Shown here piece by piece: positions 14,951-26,560 of a stretch of 64,000 nucleotides of DNA. The DNA comes from Eledone cirrhosa (taxonomy: Eukaryota): contig OZ024740.1 of assembly GCA_964016885.1 (NCBI GenBank), positions 266,414,001 through 266,478,000 on the forward strand. Direction: 5' to 3'. Within the stretch, counting starts at the first letter, position 1; each line of letters begins with the position of its first letter. The position numbers and the translations under genes were made by a program. The notes under the pieces are model-generated. The model worked only from the letters and a program-made list of their open reading frames with translations, was not told where the DNA came from and did not search any database.

Positions 14951-16273
14951 CAACATCAAAAATTTCCCCATTCAGAATCTAGTTCATTACAACTAAAAAT
15001 TGAAAACCACTGAAGAACTAGTATGACTTAACATACCAGATGCTTATTTACCTATCTCAGTAGTTTCTAAACATTCTTTTCATGGAACCCACCTACACCT
15101 ATATTCTCCAGATAATCCCCAACTGCTCTAATCTTAATATGACTTAAATAAAACAAAAAAATTGCTTTAGAAAGAGAATGTATTCATTGGGAATCACTGA
15201 TCTATCTTTTTTTGTCTGCTTCAACACAAACAAGCTCTTGTCTATTGTTAACAAGATGCTCCACTGCTAATATATACTCCTGGGTCCCAAATAATAAGGG
15301 GGTAGTGGAAAATCGGTAATTCTTCTAGGTTGTCTACCATGATTTTTTTTTAAAAATAGAATTACTCGTTTAGTTTACATATTAAGACCCCAACCCATTC
15401 TACTTATTTTATAACATATGGGATTTCTAGTAATGATTTTTTTTTTGTCATGTATAATGTTTTTTAATGTCTAAAGAAAATTAATTGTCACAGGAATACT
15501 ACCACTTAAAATAAAATTTCGCCGGAGATAGATTAACAAAATTTAATAAGAGTAAGTTGATAAGTTGAGGAATCTGAAAAATTAAGTGGGGTAGGAAAAT
15601 TATTCAAGATCGGAGAGTAGAGGTTATGAAGGAAGAGGAATAATTCCTGACTGTTCACAAGGCTGAATCAATAAGCGTTATGTACCTTGCCCTGACAAGC
15701 AGCAAGGGCAAAATCTGAATTAAAGATAGTCACTAAACTAGCGAATGATATTACAGAAGAACAATGGCGAAAAAATGATAACAGATTAAGATTATTCGAA
15801 ATTCAGAAAAAAAGTCAGTAACCTTCTTAAATAGACCTGCTCTTAACATGTTGGCTTATACTTGACTACATGCTTCATCTTTATAATCAATCGCCTCATA
15901 AAATTCATCTTGTACCTAAGAGACCAAAATTAAAATAATTACTGTATATACTCGTGTATAAGTCGCACTTTTCCCTACAAAATTATAACATAAAAAACCA
16001 GCACACAACTCGTCAAATGGACCTACAAAATATATTGTACATCTGTAAAGTGGTTGGTGTTAGGAAGGGAGTCCAGACATAGAAACCATGCCAAATATGG
16101 AAAATAGATTTAAAACAGCAATGTTAATCATAGGAAAATATATGTAAAATGGAAGTCTGACGTTGACTTTACCAGTGCAATTTATACATAAGAGTATATA
16201 CAGCATTTTAGAGTTCTCAAAGTAAAAATATATAAAATTAGTAATGTTTTTTAAATAAAAAGGATTTACCAAC

Positions 16274-16517
16274 CTTGCATTCGAGGGGGAGCTCCCATTT
16301 GTCCAGGTCGTGGTTGAGGTGGGGCTGCAACTGACGTCGTCCGAGCCTGTGGGGTCATCATTTGTTGTGACGGTCCTCCAACACCACGCACTGGTCCTTG
16401 TAGACCAGGAGCGGCAGCACCTGAACTTCCAGGGGCTGCAGGAACACCACGGCCAGCAGCACGTCCCATACCAGTACCAGGAGCAGCACCAGCCAATGGA
16501 ACACGAGCAATACCCTC
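16274..16517 (-). CDS. SNRPB: SmB/B' coding exon 3 (Gly/Pro/RG-rich region)
   Basis: Acceptor ttctag| then [24 protein letters not shown]...PPRMQ, which matches human Sm[24 protein letters not shown]. In phase with exon 2. Donor G|GTTGGT at 16273 (alternative GTAAAT 4 nt further on). Confidence 0.92.
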
Positions 16518-16596
16518 CTAGAATATTTGAGAAAAAAATATATATATATATATACATTAATAAACATTGACTTTGACAAGAAACACCATCACTCTA

Positions 16597-16765
16597 CGAG
16601 GGTTGGCTGAAAAGTTCATAAGCTGACGAAGATACTTTCATGGAATGGCCAAATGAGGTTTATTTTTCAACACAGTTCCTGGAAAGAAACCATGCAGGTA
16701 CAAGATTTCACAGCAATAGCATCACTCCTTCATAGTCAGCCTATGAAGCTCTCAGTCTACCCTTG
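16597..16765. mobile_element. Mariner-type MITE; second copy at 24920-25099
   Basis: TA|cgagggttggctgaaaagttcataagctgac ... gtcagcctatgaagctctcagtctacccttg|TA, with ~30-bp TIRs. Confidence 0.8.
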
Positions 16766-19229
16766 TATACCTTAGCTGCCTAATTTAATATAAAATATAA
16801 CAAGACAAATTAAATAATATTCATGCACAACACAGTATGTCTGAAATTTAACCTTTAAGCATTTACATTACTCTATATATACTATTGTATTTTCACGTAA
16901 AGGTTTTATCTTACATAATATTGTAGCTATGAGATTTTGATATTCATTTTGAGAACGATACCTTAATATTGGTATGAGCAGCTAATTACAGCTGGTTTGA
17001 ATAAACAGGTGAGAAATCTGGCCAGATATGGCCAGTTTAAATGCTGGGTTGTGGCCAGGTTAAGGTAAATTCAATGTAGATATAACTACGTTTTTAAGAC
17101 TGAAAATATAGAAATGTAAACACACTTTCTCCTATTCCCTTTTTATCATCATCATCACCTGTTCTTCCACGTTAGCAAGGGTTAGACGGGTTGTCCTGTT
17201 GTTGGCAGTGTCCAGTCGGCTGACCTTGTCTTGCTCATACAGGAACTGATTCTGGTTTGATTTCTACAGCTGGATGCCCTTCCCAACACCCACCGCATTT
17301 ACAGTGACTGCTGGGTGCTTTTTTTCCAGGGCGCCTACACGTTCACTTTACAGGGGGGGGGGGGGGGGCATATTGTCTATATGCTTCAGCTTCGGCTTGT
17401 TCCTGTGGGATGTCGGGTCTTCTGTATTACAGCATAACGTCAGAGGTCACGGTCGTGTGTCATTGCTCTTGAGAGTTGTGTTTTTATGTATATTGAATCT
17501 CATAGGAAGTTTCTTGGGTCTTTTAATGATAAAGGTCCAGTCCTATCATATAAAATGTGTGCAGCGGGAATAACTTCTATTTTCACAGCACTGGATTAAA
17601 TTTATCTTATGTCATAACTAATTTAAAGAATGATGTGCTCATGCACGGAAATGTTATAAAATAGGGTGCAGACACTTAAAAACAAAAACAAAAAAAAGTT
17701 GCCATTGGCTGTATCTGGGAGATATGGAGTTTGTTTCTTCATAACCAATGGCAACTTTTTCCATCTTTAAGGGGTTTTTTTAACCCTATTTTATAAACTA
17801 TAAAATAGCATCTCCATACATGAGTACACCATTGTTTATGTTGAATAATTAATGATTTTAATAAATCATTCCAAATTCTTTATTAATTAATTAATTCAAA
17901 TATAGTAAGTGTATTATTTCATCAGAAATATGGTAATGAAAGTTTTAATAAGTTGCTCTGCAACAATATTTGAAAGACCAAGCATTATTATTTCAACTTA
18001 ACTAGATGCAGTGCAACACTACTAAAACTTTGGTAATTATGTTCTATACTGTGTTATGTATTTTCCTCAAACACCCCACCCCTGTCTATAGAGTAGAGAG
18101 GGCTCTTCAGTTAACTCGATTACCTCTCTAGTGACGATGTCATGATAAATGCAACCAGTACTCCCTGTAAAGTAGCTGGTGATAGGAAAGACATCCAGCC
18201 ATTAAAAGAAATTTGCCATACAAAAACTCAAGAGGACATAACATCCTTAGTGTTGCTGATTTACATGATAAATGCACCCAATACACTCTGTAAAATGGTT
18301 GGTTATAGGAAGAGCAGCACGACAAATCTGGAAAACAATGGGTCTGAAAGAATAGGACAACTTCCCTAGTGTTGGGGCCATGATGACATGCACTTAGTAG
18401 AGTGCAGAATCTTATGTTGGTGCCCCCAGCCAACCAGGAGGTCAGAGGTTCTGATCGAATACCAATCGATTATCGCTAACAGAGAAAACAAACATTAAGC
18501 AACTATAATGGCAATAACCATCAATAGTTATCATTATATCATAAGATATACAGTCACTAACTTTAAATCACTGCAAGCAGCAAGTCCTACAGAGACTAAG
18601 CCTTTATAGATTTTCTAAAAAATTAAACCTTTCATTACCACATTTCTTTGATCTGAAGGAAGTGTGCCAAAGATCATGGAATGAGTTCAAAGACTTTGTC
18701 CAGGACACCACATCTAAACCAGCCAACTTTGACCATCCTAGAAAGCAATGGGTGTCCCTTAATTGGATCCGCACAGGACATGCCAGGACAACCCATCATC
18801 TCCATCAATGGAAAATGTGACTGTGGGTACCATAATCAGACATGTTCGGGACTGACCCTCAGATGTTTTCCTGGCAGCAATCTATAATACTAGAATTGAT
18901 GCCTTAGTCTGGATCACCAATCACAATCTGTCTGTCTAACTATTGTGCATATGTCATACAAGAAGAACCACATTTCTAAAGTATATTGCCTATGAAAATA
19001 ATCAAACATTTGGAGATTAGTCAAATAATTGTCATATTAAACTGTTGTTTGAAATTCATATTTAAAATACTGATGGGAGGTTTTAATTTCAATATGAATA
19101 CTTGTATCTTAATACAGGAGGTAAGTTAACTAGTATTAAATGGATAAATAAATATATATTGTCTAAAGATACAAGGAGATTAATACAAACAAATTCAGCA
19201 AGCCTCATATATTCAATGATAATCATGAT

Positions 19230-20320
19230 TACTGGGTGAAGAAGTGCCAGGAAATCACAGTGCATGGAGACCACAGTAAAGGTAGACCAAGGATGACCTG
19301 TGCAGGGGAGGTGAAAGCTGATCTCAAATCGCTGAGGCTCACAGAGGAGATAAAGGAATGCAGTGAATGGAGAGACACTGTGATGAAAAGAACCCATCCA
19401 ATCCATGCAAGCTTGGAAACAAATGGACACAAAACCAATGATGATGATCAATTTAATTTGCTTTTTCATGCTTGCATCATTGGTTGAATTCAATCACATC
19501 TCTGCCATCACAGACTCTTGTCATCTGGCACACACAACAGAAAAATGTCCAATCCCTGTGCTGCATATATCATATTTTTTATGGTTGGATACCCTTCCTA
19601 TCAGTAACCCCCTTACACCATGCACTGGGTGTGATTTAGCATACCACCCACATTAGAAGGGATATCTGTAGGTCTAGGATGGTGGGACACACCATAGTCA
19701 CCCATATAGCAGCATCATCGTCAACTGCTACAAGAGCAAAGGAGACACTCTAGATGGAGAAAACTATAGAGGCATTAACCACATCATGAAGATCACCGAA
19801 AGAGTCATCGCACAGCTGATTAGGGATTGAATTAACCTTGAGGGAATGCAGTTTGCATTTAGCTTTTGTTGACTAGGAGAAAGCCTTTGGCAGAGAGTCC
19901 TCAGTTCCATTATCTTATGGGCTCTTAGAAAAATAGGAGTAGATGAGTGGCTTGTGAAAGTTATACAAGCTATGTATAGAGGAACAGTCAGCAAGGTTAG
20001 AATTAACAATGACAGGTAGGTGTTCATCAGGGATCTGTCCTTAGCCCTCTCTTATCTATTATTGCCCTACAGACGATAACAAGAGTTTAAGACTGGCTGC
20101 CCATGGGAACTTCTGTATGATGATCTAACGCTCATAGCTGAATTTATGGCAGAATTAGAGAAGAAATTCCAAACCTGAAAGCAAAGCCGAGAATCAAAAG
20201 ATCTTAAAGTTAACTTGTCAAAGACTAAAATTCTAATATGTAAAAAGGAAAATAGGGCCCAGACTCCCTCTTGGAAATGGCCTTGCTCAGTGTGCATAAA
20301 AGAAGTAGAAATTCCTTCAT
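19230..20320 (+). pseudogene. RTE LINE fragments (3' end with (GAT)n tail at ~19230-19448; RT fragment at ~19665-20320)
   Basis: KGRPRMT...DLKSLRLTEE and nucleotide similarity to 3960-4760. Confidence 0.8.
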
Positions 20321-22032
20321 CCCAAAGGCCCTGCAAGCCAATTTTTCTGGTCAAGTAATGACGACATCTGTTCTCCAATGGAGAACACCATGAAGAAAGT
20401 TGATCCACCTTCCTCCGGAAGCACAAGTCATCCTATCATGTTTCTCATGATGAAATAAATGAAGTACAAAGTTTGATGAGATAGGATGTTTGTGAATAGC
20501 TTTTGATGCCTTTTGTTTCTGATTGTTTCCTGTTATTTTTTACTCACTTCTAGTGAATTTCATTTTCTTGAGCTTTAGAAGGAAAGTGCACTATGGAAAA
20601 ACTGCCTTGATTGAACCGACTACCCATAAATATGTAGCTTGAAGAATTACTTCTGCTTTTCAACCTCCTCTGGATGTGTAACATATTGCAGAAGAATGCA
20701 GCCTCAATTGCCAATCACATTAATGTTTTTGTGTAGTCAAGAGGTCAATGTCCAAGATTTCCAAATTGTCACATTGATTTTAGGGGCTCTGAACTATGGG
20801 AATTTCCATTTTGAGCCATTTTCAGAGAACGCAAATAGATTCTCACATCAGTTCAAAATACTTTGTGTCTATTTTTCTTGACCAGGTGCACTTTCAGAAT
20901 ATGTAGAGTTCTATATGCTCTCAACTTTGTGATAAGCAGTTATGGTTCAAAACTTTTTTTTAAATCTATTTTGGCAGTTTTTCCAATTTTAATCCCCTTG
21001 ATGCACTGGAAATCAGGCCATTGGGTAACTGAATTCAAGTGTTCTGTCATGTGTCCAAGTTATACTGTATCATTAGAGATGGTGTGTGCTCAGTTAGCTT
21101 TTTCTATAAAATGTGCAGCTTAAAGCAATTGGCATTTAGTGTATGGGGGACTTCAGATGGTGGAGATTAAGGAAATCAAGTTCTCAAGGCATGTGATAAG
21201 AGCCACTTGGAGTACTAACTAGGCCTCTAAAAATCAAATAAATTGAGTATTTTCAAAATTTGGGAAATTTCCCAAATCTTTAAATGGCCATGAAATCTGA
21301 TTGGTAAGTGTTATGGAACAAATATTTTCAGGAATTACTTCTCAATGGATTCCAATAAATTGTGAAAATCTGAAGACTTCAGTGACAGATTCCTGTTGTA
21401 TTTTACTGGAATGACCCATATTCCTTGGCTTATATTCAAGTATAAATGGTAATTTGACAATTTAACCCTATTGATAACAAACCTCCCATGGTTCTACAAT
21501 ATAAAACTGTTGTAAAGCATATATTCATCTAAAAACCTTCAATCACAATGTTATGTAAGAACATTTATGTTCCAAATACCAACTTATTAATAAGAAAATT
21601 AGGTATATTACTAAACATCTCTAATTTTTTTATTATTTTCAAAATTATTTGAAAATCATAGGCAATGTCTTTTATTAGAAATACCTTTGCAAGCAGGGAA
21701 AAGCGGACATAAAATGATGATGATGATAACAAAATGTCAGTCAAAAAACATTAAATTACAAAATCTTACATTACTTATAAGAATATGATTTCTAAATTAT
21801 ATAAACTTAGATGATTTAATGATAAGGTTGCCAGTCCTATCATGAAAAGCAACATGAAATGAAGCATCTTGCAAGAACACAATGCACACCATGGTCCAGG
21901 AATCAAACCGATGCCAAAAATTGGAACATACATTGTCCTCCATCCCATCAAATAACTGTAACAACTGATTCCAGCAAGGAAAATAGATACAAAATGATGA
22001 TAAACAAAGCAATATAGAATTTTAAAAAATAC

Positions 22033-22296
22033 CTCAGCTGGTGGAGGACCTTCAACAGTCATAGATACTAAATGTTCTCCTCGTAGTAATACTAATCCAA
22101 GAACTCGTTTTTCTTCTCTTTCACCCTGTTTACTACTTTTAGGTTTGATCTTCCTGAATTCATCACAATCACCAAGGATTAAATTCATGTGTTTGTCGAA
22201 GGCTTTAAAAGTACCAATAAAAATACGGCCATCTTGCAGGGTACATCGTACCCTGTAATTGATGTGTTGCAACATCTTTGAACTTTTACCCACCGT
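22033..22296 (-). CDS. SNRPB: SmB/B' coding exon 2 (Sm1 + Sm2 fold)
   Basis: tttttcag|ACG GTG GGT..., translating [49 protein letters not shown]...[21 protein letters not shown], then |gtattt. 264 nt, phase 0/0. Confidence 0.97.
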
Positions 22297-24599
22297 CTGA
22301 AAAATACACAAAATATCAGCATATAAAATATTAAATAAGAGGACTTTTAATGCTTTTGATACTAAACCACCCTTGATTCTATGATACAAAAACTCATTTT
22401 AAATTGTTTATATTTATCTAAAAACTTTCCATCATAATTTTATGTAAGAACCTTTTAGTTGTTTCAAAGACCAACGAAAGTTAAATTATTAAATCCCTCT
22501 AAACATTATTTTTTAAATTTTTTGAAAATCATGAAGGAGTTAACCCTTCTGTCACTATATTTCATGAAAGACAGAAAGAAGGGTTAGCCCCTTCATTACC
22601 ATATTTCTAATGACATACATTGCTTATAATTTTAAATTAATTTAGAAAATAACCAAAATTTTGCAAGAATTAATCATATTTATTCTATTTTCATTTTTAA
22701 ACTGGTGTTAGAAACAAATGTTCTTACATAAAATTCTGCAAGATGGATAAATTTAAATATGAATACTTTAAAGCAAATGAAATTGTATCATAGAACCAGG
22801 AGTGGTTTGGTACCAGATGAGTTAATCTCACCTTTAGATAGTATATTTACATTACAGTTCAATCTAACTAAGCTACTATCAGTGGCTTAGTAGAGGAAAA
22901 TGTATTATACTTTACATTTAGAAAAGGTTTTCTAGTTGGAATTCAATCAAGAACAATGTACATATTCAAAAATGTTCTAGTGCCTCAAAATAAAATGTAC
23001 CCATCCCATTCTGTAAAGAGATAATGCTAGTGCCACAATAAATTGCACTTAATACACACTGTATGTGGCTGAGGCCACAATAATGTGATAGTGCCAGTGC
23101 CACAATAAATAGCCTGCACTAATGTGATAGTGCTTGGAGCAACATTAAATTGCAGTTTCCTGCTTACTAAAATTCATGTCTGTGATATTTGATCCAGCTC
23201 TGCATTCTCAGTTCAAATCTCACCTCTCACTGGAAATGCAGCAATGCTCATGTTTATTATCTTAGGTTTGACAAAATCAGTAGAGCGTCGGACACCATGC
23301 TTTACATTCTGATTTCACAATAAAAAGCACCCAGTACACACTGTAAATGTGGCTAGCATTAGGAAGGGCATACATCCATAGAACCAAAGCCAGAAACAGT
23401 TCTGTATGAGCAAGATACAGTCATCTGATCAGACTTGTCTCACAACTCGTCTAACCCATGCTAGCATGGAAAATGGATGTTAAACGGTGATGATTATGAA
23501 GCTGTGCTAGGTCAGTGCTGACCAATAACAGAGGTTATTCCAAATGGGAAGTTGCGTTAAAGATGGAACTAAGGTTCGAAGATTATGTATGAAAAACATT
23601 TATAGAACTGTTTCATCTGTTAGCCAAAAAAAAAAAAACAAGTTTTTCCATTATTGTTCTAGCTCAGCTTAGCCTCGACGATCCATCAGAGTATTCAAAT
23701 ATATTCTGTGACCATCCCATTTTACATCATATTTAAGTGTATCACCCTGCCAGGACATTATTCAATGTGTCCTGGCTGGGTGAGATTAATTTACTTCATT
23801 TAGCAGATCAAATGATTGTGCAGGTCAGCAGTTCCTAATCTGTGGTCCACTATCTACTGTATTTCTGCTTAACCCCAGAGATCTCGGTCCCGTATCATTG
23901 CCTTTGCAAGGTGCAATTGTGTAAGGTCAGCTTTTATCGCTTCATCCCAAGTCTTCCTACTTCATTGCTTTGCATCAACTCTGAGCGTCCTGCATCTTTT
24001 TATACAGCTGTCATCCTCCATACACATTGCATGTCCATACCAACACAATCTCCTTTCTTGCACACTGCATTCAGTTGAGACCATCTGAGTTTTCTCCAGT
24101 ACTCACAGTACAACACTGTTCACCATATCATTTTCTAGGATAGCAGAGTGTCATTGAAGGGAGATCCAGTGGCTATGTTTAGCAGATCCGGTAACAGTGA
24201 GGTAGCTTTCATTTAGTAAACTTCTAGTTAACTAACTTATCATATTTCAAATTTGTTAGAAAACTCCTTTTGAACTTTGAAACATTTTCTACATCAATCT
24301 AATTATAAATAAGCCTCTACATGGTACCTAGACCTTCAAGAAATAGCAATCAAATCTCCCTGAGTAGACCCTACCACTGTCCAAGAAAAAAGCAAGCTGG
24401 ATCAATTTGTCCTGAATGCACCGTGCTTTGAAACGAATACTTTCACGAAATACATAAATATTTATCAAGCTCAGTTGCCACCCACACACCACTGATGTTT
24501 AGAAAACTTGCCAACTTCATATACATTGAAATCCCTTCACTTAATTTAAAGAAAGCCGGAACTATTATTTTCCTACCATTATGATATTTTAAGGACAAT

Positions 24600-24770
24600 C
24601 GGAACCATCAAGAAGTGCAAACATAGAAAGGCTTGCATGTCTCTCATTTCAGAGACAACAGGTGGACTATTAAAGTGAAGAACCAGTGGGCCAGATGGTG
24701 CCATGATCTAAAACGATACCTTGGCCCCGCATGGCCAGAGATAGGAAGCGATGAAGGTCAACAAGAGATT
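24600..24770 (+). pseudogene. Decayed LINE 3' fragment in SmB intron 1
   Basis: Reads ...DNRWTIKVKNQWARWCHDLKRYLGPAWPEI..., resembling an RTE C-terminus. Confidence 0.45.
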
Positions 24771-25230
24771 ATAGTTTTATAGTGTAAATTGTTTTCTTTA
24801 ATTTTTCCTCCTCTCTCGCGATAAAAAAAAAATACAATCTTGTTTTTCTAACTATAGCTGCCTATATGCCGTGTGTGAAGCAACAAGCGCCAAAAATACT
24901 ATTTTTAATTAACCAAATACGAGGGTGGGCTGAAAAGTTCATAGGCTGACTATGAAGGAGTGATGCTAGAGCTATGAAATCTCGCATGCATTAATTTCAA
25001 CTGTTCTTATTAATAACTGCAATGTTTGTTTCAAGGGACTTATTTGGTCAGTCCATAAGAGTATCTTGGTCAGGCTATGAACTTTTCGGTCGCCCCTAGT
25101 AAAGTACATTTACGAAATATTTCAATGAGAACGATTACGTCCCCTCAAAACTAAAACCGGTGTCCAGTAAGAAATAGTTCCTGGAAAAAGAACGCAAATC
25201 ATAAAAAGGAACTTAACTATTCTAAATAAT

Positions 25231-25420
25231 TGTTTCTACTTTAGGCACAAGGCCAACAATTACTCAGTTCATTACTGGTACTTTATTTTATCGACCCCGT
25301 AAGGATGAAAGGCAAAGTCAACCTCGGCGGGATTTGAACTCAGATCGTAAAGGGACGTAACTATGCTGGAAAGCATGGAGTCGAACACCCTGCACCGATA
25401 CTGCCAATCCACCGCCCTTA
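25231..25420 (-). mobile_element. Nin-domain tRNA-derived SINE with target-site duplication
   Basis: Flanked by the direct repeat cttaactattctaaataat at 25212-25230 and 25417-25435. Confidence 0.88.
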
Positions 25421-26067
25421 ACTATTCTAAATAATCTTACTTAAAAATTATTTTCGAAATTTTCTCCCTGGCAACATTTCATCACAATATTAATATATTA
25501 CTGAATAGTATATAGTATGCGTATCAGAAAATCACACGACATTACATAACTCACTCAACATAACCCACTTATATCCGCGTGTTATACGTAAACAGTAACA
25601 TATAATAATGTTTATAATAGAAACAAATTAAATTAACAGAGTTTGTTAATGGAATACGGAAAATGTTTCTCTAAGTAAAAATAACATTTCAATTTTTTTA
25701 AAACAAAGGAGTTAGATTTATAAACAGTGGATGCTACGTTTATTTTTGAAACATGAATAGTTAACTAAAGAAAATCTAATTGCATACAACGCTTATATAT
25801 TTTGTTTCTGGTAATTTTATTTAGAATATTTAGGCATAATAAAGTACATAAAACCAGTTATTATGTTGAGATTTCTAATAGAAATATGTATCTCAGAATC
25901 ATTATATGAAAACAACACGCGCCATTTTTTCAGTATAGCGAAAGCCGGTTACTATATATTGACCAAACAAAAACTATAATAACCAACAAACGATGAATCA
26001 TCAAAAGTAGAAATATACAAAATAAAATTGTTAAGAAATGAAAACAGAATATGTTTTAAAAACTTGC

Positions 26068-26070
26068 CAT
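26068..26070 (-). CDS. SNRPB: SmB/B' first coding exon consisting only of ATG, followed by a GC-AG intron
   Basis: Minus strand reads cggcatcaaaATG|GCAAGT. Joining it to exon 2 gives MTVGKSSK, the canonical SmB N-terminus. Human SNRPB also has its intron directly after the ATG. Confidence 0.8.
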
Positions 26071-26170
26071 TTTGATGCCGTTGATTAAAAACCAGCAATA
26101 ACGTGGGTAAAAATTAGAAGTCCGGACTACAAAATGATGGAATACTGCTTCCTGATTGGTTAATTTATAA
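26071..26170 (-). promoter_or_regulatory. Likely SmB 5'UTR/core promoter
   Basis: Locally CpG-containing unique sequence directly upstream of the ATG, with a CCAAT box (ATTGG at ~26155) and a GACTACA motif at ~26126. Confidence 0.45.
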
Positions 26171-26344
26171 GTATGGTGACTCCGCAGTGAATAGGTGAAT
26201 AAGTGAATAAAAATCACTTTAAAAATATCTCCCTAACGACATACGAAAACAAGCCGGTTTATATAGATTTTATTTTTATTTTTATTTTCTTATTTTGATA
26301 TATAAACTTTTAATATATAAACCATTTAATTATTCTAATTTCGA

Positions 26345-26560
26345 ATAAAACCAAAAAACTTAAATTCAAATATTTTATCGACACTTCTTCGCCCACTTAT
26401 TCCTGGAAGTGTTGTGGGGGGCAAAGTCCTCAAATTCTCTTTCCAGATGGTCCTGTCAGAAGCAACCATCTCCAACTGATTCGGCTGGATTCCCAAACGA
26501 GACCAACCAAGCTCATGGATGTTATCCAACTATCTTGGTTGGACAGATTTTACTGGCAAA
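26345..26560 (-). pseudogene. LINE 3' fragment
   Basis: Reads QLEMVASDRTIWKENLRTLPP, an RTE-type C-terminus. Confidence 0.5.

Noticed and set aside
20330-21300. Possible decayed DNA-transposon coding region
   Set aside because: Looks like non-simple repeat-derived sequence, but no recognisable motif could be reconstructed.
21775-22389. 204-aa ORF as an intronless SmB
   Set aside because: Only 22033-22296 is homologous to SmB. The flanks are intron read-through bounded by clear splice sites.
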